A DNA stretch of 43,423 bases from Chloroflexota bacterium (GCA_016190925.1 JACPPQ010000017.1:1-43423), one strand, 5' to 3'; shown: positions 18,893 through 28,109, counted from the stretch's first letter. A program made the numbers and translations. The notes: generated from the letters alone by a model not told the origin.

Positions 18893-20548
18893 TTAGCTCT
18901 CCCATCCCCACCCCGAGATTCTTCGCCCGCCCGAGGCGGACCGGCTGTCCAACACGGTAGATTCCTCAGGCAGAGGGATAGGCAGGGTAAAAATAAACCT
19001 CGAACCCTCGCCACGTTCGCCCTCCGTCCAGATTCGACCGCCGTGGGCCTCGAGAATGGTCTTGCAAATATAAAGCCCGAGTCCCATGCCGGGTGTAGAC
19101 TTCCGGCTGCTGTCTGCCACGCGGTAAAACCGCTCAAAAAGTTTCTCCCTGTCTTGCAGCGAAATGCCAATTCCCTCATCAGCAATGGTCACCTGAATAT
19201 CGTTGTCCAGGACTTTTCCGGTGATGTTGATTGTTCCGCCGCGGGGTGAGAATTTTACGGCATTGTCCACCAGATTGGTCAATACTTCTTCTATCTTTTC
19301 AGGGTCGGCAAGAATGCCGGGAAAGTCCGGCGGGAAATCACTCTCAAATTTATGAATCTCCGTATTCCTGGCCAACCTTCTGACCACCTTCACCACTTCA
19401 CCGGGTAAATTAACCGACATCATATTCAACGGGAGAGACCTGGCCTCAAGTTGAGATGTATAAAGCAGCTTGGCGACCAGCTTGCTCAAGCGGTCGCTTT
19501 CCTCCTCGATGGCCTGCAACTTGTCCCGAATGGTCTGAGGGCTCCACTCGGCATCAGGCCGGGCGAGGGTGCTGGCATATGCCTTGATAATGGAAATGGG
19601 GGTCTGTAGCTCATGAGAGACGCCGGCAAGCAACATGGACCTCACGTTGTCAATCTGCCTCAGTGTGCCGATGTCACGCACGTTTACCACAGTGGTAGAA
19701 GGCTGCCTGGGAGAAGGGAGGGAGTAACTCATGCTTACGTCAACCTTCTGAGAATCTTTCCCGGTGATAGCTCCCCTTTGATAATAGACCCCGCTGACAC
19801 CCCTGGCGATGGGGCACTTCCTCCGGCAAAGTTCCCTTCCCTGGTTATCAACGAGATTCAGGACTCTGAAACAGTAGTCCCCGATAGCCTCGCTCCTCTT
19901 CCAGCCGGTGAGGCGTTCCATGCCGGCGTTGAAGGTAAGGATGCGCAGCTTCGAGTCGATGGTCATAATTCCATCGGCGCTATGTTCCACGATTGATTCC
20001 GTCTTATGATGCTCTTCCGCAAGCTGCGAAGCAAGGCGAACGTTCTCCAGGGACATGACAGCCTGCCCGGCAAAGGCGGAGAGCACCCTTCTGTCGCTGG
20101 CGGTGAACTGCTTTGCTGAAGATGGACGCAATATGTACATCAACCCGATGGTCTTATCATCAGCAAAGAGCGGTGCGGCAATAACAGGGTCGAAAACCTG
20201 GTGTCCCCCCACCGGGTTACGCAGTCCCTGCGCGATGCGCGAAATCCGACCAAAACCGTTTCTTCCGGCACCTAAATCCGGGATAGCCTTTTCCAGCATG
20301 GGACGCAGCTTCCTGGCAATCATGGAATCCAGGCCGTAAGTTGCCTCGGTGACAAAGCGTTCCCTGTCGCTTTTCCACAGCGCGATGACTCCCGCCGTTC
20401 CATCCAATGACTGCACTGCTGTAGCAAGGACGGGAACCAGCCTATCCTTGAAAGGCGCCTTTCCGGCGACTATGAATTCCGCTCTCTCACTTTTACTGGG
20501 ATTGTTGTTTTTCACGTTTGCTATCTCAACTCTGTAACGTTTGAGCAA
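18893..20548 (-). CDS. Cytoplasmic sensor histidine kinase (GAF-PAS-HisKA-HATPase)
   Basis: SHELQTP H-box, NLVDNAVKFS, DEGIG, GMGLGL; no transmembrane segment; start uncertain. Confidence 0.92.
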   Translation of the reverse strand: MLKRYRVEIANVKNNNPSKSERAEFIVAGKAPFKDRLVPVLATAVQSLDGTAGVIALWKSDRERFVTEATYGLDSMIARKLRPMLEKAIPDLGAGRNGFGRISRIAQGLRNPVGGHQVFDPVIAAPLFADDKTIGLMYILRPSSAKQFTASDRRVLSAFAGQAVMSLENVRLASQLAEEHHKTESIVEHSADGIMTIDSKLRILTFNAGMERLTGWKRSEAIGDYCFRVLNLVDNQGRELCRRKCPIARGVSGVYYQRGAITGKDSQKVDVSMSYSLPSPRQPSTTVVNVRDIGTLRQIDNVRSMLLAGVSHELQTPISIIKAYASTLARPDAEWSPQTIRDKLQAIEEESDRLSKLVAKLLYTSQLEARSLPLNMMSVNLPGEVVKVVRRLARNTEIHKFESDFPPDFPGILADPEKIEEVLTNLVDNAVKFSPRGGTINITGKVLDNDIQVTIADEGIGISLQDREKLFERFYRVADSSRKSTPGMGLGLYICKTILEAHGGRIWTEGERGEGSRFIFTLPIPLPEESTVLDSRSASGGRRISGWGWES

Positions 20549-20610
20549 TATTCTAATGTAAATCTAAGGGACTTCAAGTGTACTTCTAAGCAACTTCTAT
20601 GGCTATTCTA
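20549..20610. promoter_or_regulatory. Six direct repeats at 11-bp period (putative response-regulator array)
   Basis: tattcta 20549, aaatcta 20560, acttcaa 20571, acttcta 20582, acttcta 20593, tattcta 20604. Confidence 0.6.
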
Positions 20611-20670
20611 GCATAATCCGACTAAACTATTACAAAGGGCGCAAAGAGTCCGAGCGCAACTTGTAAACAA

Positions 20671-21459
20671 ATGAGCATTATCAACAAGACAGAAGTAGAT
20701 ATCCGCAGCTTCAGTATAAATGCCTGGGCGCGCCTGTGCACCAGTTTGACCAGTAAACTTGGCGGGAGATACGCCTCCGCGCTGGGCATTAACCTTGCCA
20801 GCATGGAGGCGGACGAGATATTCAAATGGTTCCTGGCATCGATTCTCTTCGGCGCCAGAATCAGCGAGGCCGTGGCCATAAGGACCTACGGCGAGTTCAA
20901 GCAGGCTGGCGTCCTCTGCCCGGAGGCGGTGCTGGATACAGGCTGGGACGGGCTGGTGAGCATCCTGGATAGGGGCGGCTACGCAAGATACGACTTTAGG
21001 ACCGCCACCAAGCTGCTGGACGTGACAGGAACGCTCAGGGAGAAGTATGCCGGAGACCTTAATCGATTGCACTTTTTCGCACAGGATGAGAGAGACCTGG
21101 AAAAGAAACTAAAGAGACTGGGAAAGGGAATCGGACCGGTCACAGTGCGCATCTTTCTAAGAGAGCTGCGAAATATATGGGAAAAGGCCGAACCGCCGCT
21201 ATCGGATGCTGCCCTTTTTGCTTCCCGGATGCTGGGACTTACCAGGACAACGGATGCCGCACTGGCCCTGGAAGAGATGAGGGAGATGTGGGAAGAAAGC
21301 GAGCCTGCCAGGGCAGGATTCCCTGACCTCGAGGCCGCCCTGGTAAAGCTCGGCAAGAACTTCTGCTTGAAGAATAAATGCCGCCTATGTGTGGTAAAAC
21401 GTGAGTGCCAGAGTTCAAACTGTCGGAAGGAACTGTCTGAAATAGCAGGGTCTTTATAA
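20671..21459 (+). CDS. HhH-GPD / endonuclease III-like protein with C-terminal Fe-S motif
   Basis: LGKGIGPVT helix-hairpin-helix; C-x4-C-x2-C-x5-C tail; start uncertain. Confidence 0.7.
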   Translation: MSIINKTEVDIRSFSINAWARLCTSLTSKLGGRYASALGINLASMEADEIFKWFLASILFGARISEAVAIRTYGEFKQAGVLCPEAVLDTGWDGLVSILDRGGYARYDFRTATKLLDVTGTLREKYAGDLNRLHFFAQDERDLEKKLKRLGKGIGPVTVRIFLRELRNIWEKAEPPLSDAALFASRMLGLTRTTDAALALEEMREMWEESEPARAGFPDLEAALVKLGKNFCLKNKCRLCVVKRECQSSNCRKELSEIAGSL

Positions 21460-21528
21460 AACAAAAATCATCCGCCTCAGGCGGACAAAACCACAACTCA
21501 AAACTTGGGGATTAAAAAGGAGATTAAC

Positions 21529-21840
21529 ATGGCAGATATAGTTATTCTAACCCAGAACGAAATACAGCAAAAGATAGAAACGCTGAAGGAACCGGGAAGC
21601 ACGGTATTCTTCTATCTTGGCGCCGGTCCTTCAGGCGGCGGCCCTCTGGGGCGGGGGGCTGCCGTGGTGGAGCTTAACCCGGGCTATCCTGCCAAGAAAC
21701 AAAAGAAATACAACATCTACACCGCCGCTGTGGAAGGCACGGAGACCACGGGCAAGGGGCAGAAGCTGTGGGACTCCGACAAGACAAAGGACATAGCAAA
21801 ATGGATTAAGGAGAGACATTACCTGCCTTCCTCTAAGTAA
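21529..21840 (+). CDS. Hypothetical protein
   Basis: AAGGAG RBS before ATG 21529; protein-like composition (GGPLGRGAAVVELNP). Confidence 0.8.
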   Translation: MADIVILTQNEIQQKIETLKEPGSTVFFYLGAGPSGGGPLGRGAAVVELNPGYPAKKQKKYNIYTAAVEGTETTGKGQKLWDSDKTKDIAKWIKERHYLPSSK

Positions 21841-21868
21841 AGATGCTTCCTGCATACGTCTCTCAAGA

Positions 21869-21951
21869 GTGTAGTGACCGTAGTCGATTTTTACAAGACC
21901 GTAACATTAACGAAACATCATTGTAACGAATTTCGTATTACAATAATACAG
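21869..21951. mobile_element. Degenerate, cargo-less copy of the CTAG/GTGTAGTG MITE shell
   Basis: gtgtagtg-N13-tttacaa has the same spacing as the left end at 41273; weak inverted counterpart at 21921-21951. Confidence 0.4.
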
Positions 21952-22060
21952 TTGATTGAGCATTTGGAAAAAACAGGTGAATGGCAAAGCAAGAAAACAC
22001 CGGAGCCATCGCCTGATAAGATAATTCAAGACCGGTGAATCTAAGAACCGAGATGAGGGG

Positions 22061-22237
22061 ATGACTAACAACAGATTTCTTAAAAAACCCTGCCCAAAGT
22101 GTGGGGGCAACATTTACCTGACCGACGACAGCTACGGGTCATACGAGCTATGCCTTCAGTGCGGCTACACTCGCGACCTGGAAGTTGTCACTAAGGAAAA
22201 GCAGTCCCCTGAGACAGCGTCAGCACGAAACTCGTAA
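22061..22237 (+). CDS. 58-aa zinc-ribbon protein (absent from the ORF track)
   Basis: GAGGGG RBS; MTNNRFLKKPCPKCGGNIYLTDDSYGSYELCLQCGYTRDL...; two CxxCG knuckles. Confidence 0.8.
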   Translation: MTNNRFLKKPCPKCGGNIYLTDDSYGSYELCLQCGYTRDLEVVTKEKQSPETASARNS

Positions 22238-22309
22238 CAACGAGTAACAGGCAGGCGGCAGCCTTCAAAAGACCGGGGTAGAAAAACAGCGTAGAAACAT
22301 TTCACTGAA

Positions 22310-22547
22310 ATGACGCACACGAATATCACCACCGATAACAACTTTGTGCTCCTCTCTTTTGAAGGGCCAGCCTATATCCCCTGGCCGATTGGCTGGGGGT
22401 AAGGGTGACCAACCTTTCCTGACTCTGGCACAGATGGGCTTTCCGGTCCATTCTTCCGACCCGAAAGAAATCGTGGAATCCTGGAGTACCTCCAGACCAA
22501 TCCGGCGGAAGAACAAAGAATCCGCCGAGACGCCAGAGAGACAGCCA
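22310..22547 (+). pseudogene. Collapsed glycosyltransferase (GT4-like) remnant
   Basis: Frameshifted fragments FVLLSFEGP / LGVRVTNLS / TLAQMGFPVH joined to DPKEIVES / LEYLQTNPAEEQRIRRDARETA. Confidence 0.6.
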
Positions 22548-22549
22548 TT

Positions 22550-22678
22550 GAGATTGCTTCGTGCTTCGCCCTCGCAAAGACAGCATCTTAACAGGAGCCT
22601 CCCGCGAAACGCGCCAGTTTTTCATACTGTAAAGCTAATCTGCCCCACCCTGATATGCTTCGTCCGCCTGAGGCGGAC
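22550..22678. repeat. REP-like elements (GAGATTGCTTCG family and CTTCG-CCGCC-GAGGCGG family)
   Basis: Match 2290-2327 and 18906-18941. Confidence 0.7.
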
Positions 22679-22786
22679 TTCAGCATGACAGTTTCGCGGG
22701 TGCCTATCTTACAATCATTCGCAGTTTTTCTCCGCACGCTGTATAATGGACTAATGTTAAACATTTTTGCGAAAAGAGGTACAAAG

Positions 22787-23326
22787 TTGGAAAAAAGTGA
22801 AAGGGTAATGATATTTATCGACGGCAGCAATCTTTATCATTCCCTCAAAGCCCTATTCCACAGGACCGACATAGACATCGGCAAATTCTGTAACAAACTG
22901 CTGGAAAAGCGCCCGCTGGTGAGAATCTATTATTACAATGCCAGAGTAGGAATAAAAGAAGAGCCGGAGCGCTACCGAGACCAGGCGAAGTTCTTCAACA
23001 GCGTGGCGCAAATACCCTATCTCGAGCTGCGGTTGGGGCACCTGGTCTATAATCACTGGCCAAATGTCCCGCCCCTGGAAAAGGGCGTGGATGTACAGCT
23101 TGCCACTGACATGATAACCCACAGCTACAAGAACAACTACGATACCGCCGTCCTGGTAGCCGGCGATAACGACTTCGTTGGCGCGGTCCAGGCTGTGAAA
23201 GATGTCGGTAAACACGTAGAGATAGCGCTTTTCGGCAAGGAAAGTAGCTCCATGCAGTTGCGCAGGGTGGCCGACAAGATAATCGCCGTCAACGCTCGCT
23301 TCATGAAGGGCTGCTGGAAGAACTAG
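22787..23326 (+). CDS. NYN domain (LabA/DUF88) PIN-like protein
   Basis: IFIDGSNL, EKGVDV, LVAGDNDF, LRRVAD; AAGAGGT RBS before TTG 22787. Confidence 0.92.
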   Translation: MEKSERVMIFIDGSNLYHSLKALFHRTDIDIGKFCNKLLEKRPLVRIYYYNARVGIKEEPERYRDQAKFFNSVAQIPYLELRLGHLVYNHWPNVPPLEKGVDVQLATDMITHSYKNNYDTAVLVAGDNDFVGAVQAVKDVGKHVEIALFGKESSSMQLRRVADKIIAVNARFMKGCWKN

Positions 23327-23338
23327 CAGGCATCTTAC

Positions 23339-24964
23339 ATGGACCGGGATAGCATCAATGAAGCCCGCGAGCGTCTCTCCGGAGAACAGGGCACAATCAT
23401 CAAGGACTGGGGCGGCAGAATTCCTTTTGCCCTGGTCTACCCCAATTCCTATTATGTCGGAATGTCCAACCTCGGTGTCCACGCCATCTACGGCTTCCTT
23501 AACAGCTATGTCGCAGCGCTGTGCGAAAGAGTCTTCTGGGAGAAGTCCAATGCAGAAACCGGGCAGATGCCGGTCTCTATCGAATCCCAGAGACCGCTCA
23601 CGGATTTTGCCGTCCTGGCCTTCTCCATCAGCTATGAGCTCGATTATTTCAACGTAGCGCGAATCCTTAAAGCCAGCGGCATCCCGCTTTACGCCGCTGA
23701 CCGCGATGAGCGCTATCCCCTGGTCATTGCCGGAGGCCCGTGCATCACGGCAAATCCTGCGCCGCTTTCCCCTTTCTTCGATTGCTTCGGCATTGGAGAA
23801 GCAGAGACGCTCCTGCCCTCTATGCTGCCGTTGATTTCCAAAGGACTAGGCGGCAACCGTAGCGATTTCCTTAAATCGCTTGCGGCGCTCCCCGGAATCT
23901 ATGTGCCGCACTACTCAGGCACGCAGGTAAAGCGACAGTGGGTGCATAACCTCGATGATTTCCCAGTGGGGTCGACGGTCTTTCCACCGAAGGATGAAAC
24001 CGAGCTCGGCGACCTTTATCTCATGGAGGTGCAACGGGGCTGCAACTGGCACTGCCGTTTCTGCCTGGTGAGCAACGCCTTCTGCCCCATGCGCTACCGT
24101 TCGCTGGACAATCTTTTGACGCAAGCCGAGCGAGGACTGAGGTACCACAAGCGCATCGGCCTAGTCGGGCCGGCGGTCTCCGACCATCCTCAAATAAACG
24201 AGCTGCTATCAGGGCTGTCTCATATGGGGGCGGGTATTTCCATCAGCTCTCTGCGTGTCAAACCTATTTTGCCCGTAGTGCTGGGGGAGCTTGTCAGGGG
24301 CGGAGCTCGGACTGTCGTTCTCGCGCCGGAAGCAGGTTCCCAGCGCCTGCGCAGAGTACTCAGAAAAGGCATCTCCGAAGCGGACATTCTGGAAGCGGTG
24401 GGCAAGGTCTCGGAGCAGAACATCCAGCAGCTAAAGCTCTACTTCATGTTCGGCCTGCCCACTGAGACGGATGAAGACGTGGAGGAAATTATCAAGCTGA
24501 CCCTCCGCTGCAAAGACATTCTTGATAGAAAACGCAGGGGCTGCCGGCTCACCCTCAATATCGCGCCTTTCGTGCCCAAAGCAGGAACGCCGTTCCAGTG
24601 GCTTCCGATGGAACATCCGGACACGCTGAACCGGCGGCTATCCTTGTTGAAACGCGGCCTTATGCCGAAGGGAATCAAAATCAAGAGCGAAAGCCCATTC
24701 TGGAGCGAGGTGCAGGCAGTTCTTGCCCGAGGAGACGCTCGAACAGCGAAAGTCCTTGCCGCCATCGAGGAGATTTCGTTAGCCGGCTGGCGCAGGGCAG
24801 TGGACGCTTGCCGACTGGACTCCGACTATTTAGCCCATCAGGAGTGGGACATCGGCGGGGAATTGCCGTGGGACATGCTTGACCTCGGGACCGGTCCCGG
24901 TTTCCTCGAAAAAGAGATGAAGAGGGCGCTGACGACAACACGGACTGACGCCCAAAAAGAATAG
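23339..24964 (+). CDS. Radical SAM protein (uncharacterised family)
   Basis: YPNSYYVGMSNLG, EVQRGCNWHCRFC, APEAGSQRLR, FVPKAGTPFQW. Confidence 0.9.
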   Translation: MDRDSINEARERLSGEQGTIIKDWGGRIPFALVYPNSYYVGMSNLGVHAIYGFLNSYVAALCERVFWEKSNAETGQMPVSIESQRPLTDFAVLAFSISYELDYFNVARILKASGIPLYAADRDERYPLVIAGGPCITANPAPLSPFFDCFGIGEAETLLPSMLPLISKGLGGNRSDFLKSLAALPGIYVPHYSGTQVKRQWVHNLDDFPVGSTVFPPKDETELGDLYLMEVQRGCNWHCRFCLVSNAFCPMRYRSLDNLLTQAERGLRYHKRIGLVGPAVSDHPQINELLSGLSHMGAGISISSLRVKPILPVVLGELVRGGARTVVLAPEAGSQRLRRVLRKGISEADILEAVGKVSEQNIQQLKLYFMFGLPTETDEDVEEIIKLTLRCKDILDRKRRGCRLTLNIAPFVPKAGTPFQWLPMEHPDTLNRRLSLLKRGLMPKGIKIKSESPFWSEVQAVLARGDARTAKVLAAIEEISLAGWRRAVDACRLDSDYLAHQEWDIGGELPWDMLDLGTGPGFLEKEMKRALTTTRTDAQKE

Positions 24965-25018
24965 CGCCCGATAGGAACCTACCAGGCGCTAGTGCTTATT
25001 ATCTCAACAATACTCTCT

Positions 25019-27766
25019 TTAGCGAGGTGTCAGGATGCTCAAACCGAGGCTGATAACTACTGCAGCAAACACTGATGCCATGACCACCACACCAGCAAAC
25101 ACAATAAACTCCCAAGAAGAAAGAATCTTCCTCAGCAGGGCTCTCGGAAGGGCTTCCCCGGCTACCTTTCCCGCTTCCTGGGCTGCCTTGATAGCTGCCG
25201 CCGCTGCTTCCTGAGCTTGCCTCGCCAGAGCACTTGCCGCTTCGGCTGCCCGTGCCGCATCAGCCGCCGCCGCCCTGGATGTCCTCATTGCCGCTTCAGC
25301 AGCCTCTCTGGCTTTGTTACTGGCTTCCTCGGCTTTTCTGGCAGATTCCTGCGCTGCCCTGGAAGCTGCTTCGGCAGCCTTCCGGGATTCTTCAGCGGCC
25401 GCTTTTGCCGCCGCCTCAGCGGCTTCTCCGGCTTTGGCACTCGCTTCCGCGGCTGCTTTTGCTGCTGCCTCGGCTTTGCGCGCTGCCTCTTCAGCCGCCG
25501 CTTTTGCCATCTTCATCGCCGCCTCAGCAGACGCCTTAGCCGCAAGACTCGCTTCCTCGGCTTTCTTTGCCGCTTCCTCCGCTACTTTAGCAGCCGCCGC
25601 TCCGGCCGCCTGGGCTTGTTCACCAGCTAATTTTGCGGCTGCTTCGGCCGCCTCTCTGGCAGCCATGCCGGCTGCTTCGGCTCTCGCTGCTGCCTCCTGT
25701 GCTGACTTGGCAGCTGCTGCTCCAGCCTTCCGTGCTTCTTCAGCGGCCGCTTTTGCCGCCGCCTCAGCGGCTTCCTTAGCGGCAAGGCCTGCTTCCTCGG
25801 CTCTTCTGGCAATTTCTTCAGCCGCGAGCTTGAATACCTCGGCAGCAGCTTTGGCACCCTTATCGGCTGCCTCGGCTTTGCGCGCTGCCTCTTCAGACGA
25901 GGCTATTGCTGTTTTGGCCGTCTCTCCAGCTTTTCGCGCCGCCTCCTCAGACGACACTTTTGCTACTTTGGCTGTTTCTTCGGCTTTCCGAGCAGCCACT
26001 TCTGCTCTTCTGGCTGCTTCAGCAGCAGCTGCCTCGGCCGCCTTGATTGCAGCCTCAGCCGCTGCCTGGGCACGCTCTGCCGCCCCTTCAGCCCTGAGAC
26101 CGGCTTCTTCAGCTCGCTTTGCCGCCTCTTCACCCAAGGCTTTCATCGCAGCTTCAGTGGCTTCCCTCGCTTCCCTTGCCACCTCTTCAGCCCTGCGACC
26201 GGCTTCTTCGGCTCTCTGACCGGCTTCCCTCGCAGCCATCTCAGCCGACTGTTTAGCTTCCTCAGTTTTGGCGGCTGCCTCTTCACCGACTGTCTTCGCT
26301 GCAACTTCAGCAGCCTCTTTGGCAATCACCGAAGCCTTTGAGGCTGCAGCCGCCGCTGCTTCCGCCGCCCTGGCCATCTCCTCCGCCCGGCTTATCAGTT
26401 GGTGCAGGGTCCTGGAAGCCGCTTCAATGGCTTCATCACCAGCCACATCAGCTTGCTCAGCCTTCTTGCGAACCTTATCAGCTACCTTGAAACCGGCTTC
26501 TGCCGCGTCCCTGGCTTCCCTGCCCGCTTCGTCAACTCTATCAGCAATTGTTCCTGATACCGCAACAGCCGCTCCGGCAGCTTCATCTCCGGCTATCTCA
26601 GCTAACTCAGCTTTTCTACGGGTCTCTTCCGCCGCCTCAAAAGCGGCCGCAGCTGCCCTTTTTGCCTTTCTACCGGCATCCTCGGCCTGGGTAGCCGTCT
26701 CCGCAGTAGGCGTCCTGGTCACTTTTTCAATCGATGCCCTCGCTGCCTTTGCAGCCTCATCGGCTTCTTTTCCGGCGGCATTCGCCGCACTTATGGCGTC
26801 CTCAACAGACTGCCTGGCAAACCTGGCCTTTTCCTCAGCTCTTACCGCTGCTTCTTCCGCCGCTCTCGCGGCAGCCGCAGCCGCGGCTTTCGCAGCCAGG
26901 TCCACGTCTTCAGCCTTTCTGGAGGCTTCTTCAGCCGCCTCTCTGGCCAATCTTGCTGTTTCCTCAGCCCTTGCGGCTGCCTGTTCTGCTCTTTCAGCAG
27001 CTTCCTGGGCGGCCCTGGTGGCCGCATCAGCCGCTTCTCTGGCGGCAAGGCTGGCTTCTTCAGCTCTTCGTGCTGCTTCGTCTGCTGCGCCGGTAGCAGC
27101 CTCAGCCGCTGCTTCTGCCCTTCTCGCAGCTTCGGCAGCCGCTTCCTCAGCCGATTTCGCGGCGGCCTCAGCCGCTTCTCTGGCGGCAAGGCTGGCTTCC
27201 TCCGCTCTACGGGCTGCTTCCTGCGCCGCTTTGACCGCCGCCTCGCCAGCTTTTCTGGCCGCTTCAGCGGCGACCTCCGCCTTTCTGGCCGCTTCTTTCG
27301 ATGCTTTCGTTGCTGCTTCAGCCTCGGCAATAGCACTGGCACTGGCTGCCTCTGCTCTTCTGGCAGCCTCTTCAGCCGCCTTCTTGAATGCCTCAATGGC
27401 AGCTTTTGCTCCCTTATCGGCCGTCTCAGCTTTGCGCGTCGCTTCCTCGGCTGCGTGTCTCGCCACAGTGGCAGTCTGCTCCGCCTTAGCAGCCGCTTCG
27501 GCAGCCGCACGGGTAGCACTTTCGGCGGCTTTCTCCCCGGCTTCGCGCGCCTCTACGGCCCGCTCTGCCGCCTCATGGGAAGCCTTGGTGGCTTGCTGGG
27601 CCGCGCCTCTAGCCAGCCTTGCCGCTTCCTCCGCTCTCCTGGCTGCCTCAGCCGCCAACCTGATATTGTCATCCATTTCATCCAGGATTACAGGCAACGG
27701 CTTGGTCAAAATTTTGGCTGATTCAGGCTTCTTTTCCCCCGATGCCCCCACATTCTTGGTTACCAT
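25019..27766 (-). CDS. 915-aa Ala/Glu/Lys/Arg-rich coiled-coil protein with a C-terminal transmembrane helix
   Basis: AAGGAG RBS; uninterrupted frame; hydrophobic tail WEFIVFAGVVVMASVFAAVVISLGLSIL. Confidence 0.88.
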   Translation of the reverse strand: MVTKNVGASGEKKPESAKILTKPLPVILDEMDDNIRLAAEAARRAEEAARLARGAAQQATKASHEAAERAVEAREAGEKAAESATRAAAEAAAKAEQTATVARHAAEEATRKAETADKGAKAAIEAFKKAAEEAARRAEAASASAIAEAEAATKASKEAARKAEVAAEAARKAGEAAVKAAQEAARRAEEASLAAREAAEAAAKSAEEAAAEAARRAEAAAEAATGAADEAARRAEEASLAAREAADAATRAAQEAAERAEQAAARAEETARLAREAAEEASRKAEDVDLAAKAAAAAAARAAEEAAVRAEEKARFARQSVEDAISAANAAGKEADEAAKAARASIEKVTRTPTAETATQAEDAGRKAKRAAAAAFEAAEETRRKAELAEIAGDEAAGAAVAVSGTIADRVDEAGREARDAAEAGFKVADKVRKKAEQADVAGDEAIEAASRTLHQLISRAEEMARAAEAAAAAASKASVIAKEAAEVAAKTVGEEAAAKTEEAKQSAEMAAREAGQRAEEAGRRAEEVAREAREATEAAMKALGEEAAKRAEEAGLRAEGAAERAQAAAEAAIKAAEAAAAEAARRAEVAARKAEETAKVAKVSSEEAARKAGETAKTAIASSEEAARKAEAADKGAKAAAEVFKLAAEEIARRAEEAGLAAKEAAEAAAKAAAEEARKAGAAAAKSAQEAAARAEAAGMAAREAAEAAAKLAGEQAQAAGAAAAKVAEEAAKKAEEASLAAKASAEAAMKMAKAAAEEAARKAEAAAKAAAEASAKAGEAAEAAAKAAAEESRKAAEAASRAAQESARKAEEASNKAREAAEAAMRTSRAAAADAARAAEAASALARQAQEAAAAAIKAAQEAGKVAGEALPRALLRKILSSWEFIVFAGVVVMASVFAAVVISLGLSILTPR

Positions 27767-27877
27767 TTTGCTATGAAACTCCTTTTGTCCCTGTTAACTC
27801 GCAAAGCACAGGAACTAAAATAACTTGTCATGCGCCTGAGGCGCACTCACGAACGATGAAAATATTAACACGCCCTA

Positions 27878-27990
27878 TGTCATTCCCGCGAAAGCGGGAA
27901 TCCGGTGGGATGGTGGGGCTGGATTCCGACCCCACATCAATCCCGTATCAAGCACGGGACAAGGTTTGGGGCAAGCTTTTCGTCGGAATG
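27878..27990. repeat. REP doublet with nested hairpin module
   Basis: gtcattcccgcgaaagcgggaatcc ... ggattccgac[...cccgtatcaagcacggg...]gtcggaatg. Confidence 0.7.
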
Positions 27991-28080
27991 GTTATTTTCT
28001 AGGTAATCAGTGAAGATTACGGCTATCTTTCAGACGTAAAACATGAACTATTCTTCACGATAGTAGCTAAAATCACTAAA

Positions 28081-28109
28081 ATTATGCTCTTGCTTAAAGC
28101 GCATGTCAA
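28081..28109 (-). promoter_or_regulatory. Sigma70-type promoter for the coiled-coil gene
   Basis: TTGACA-17 bp-CATAAT on the minus strand. Confidence 0.65.

Noticed and set aside
20549-20610. CRISPR array or iteron origin
   Set aside because: The unit is only 11 bp with no spacers; no cas or rep gene in the window
25314-27776. Long plus-strand ORFs (301 and 502 aa)
   Set aside because: Antisense shadows of the GCN-rich coiled-coil gene, which has the RBS, promoter and TM tail
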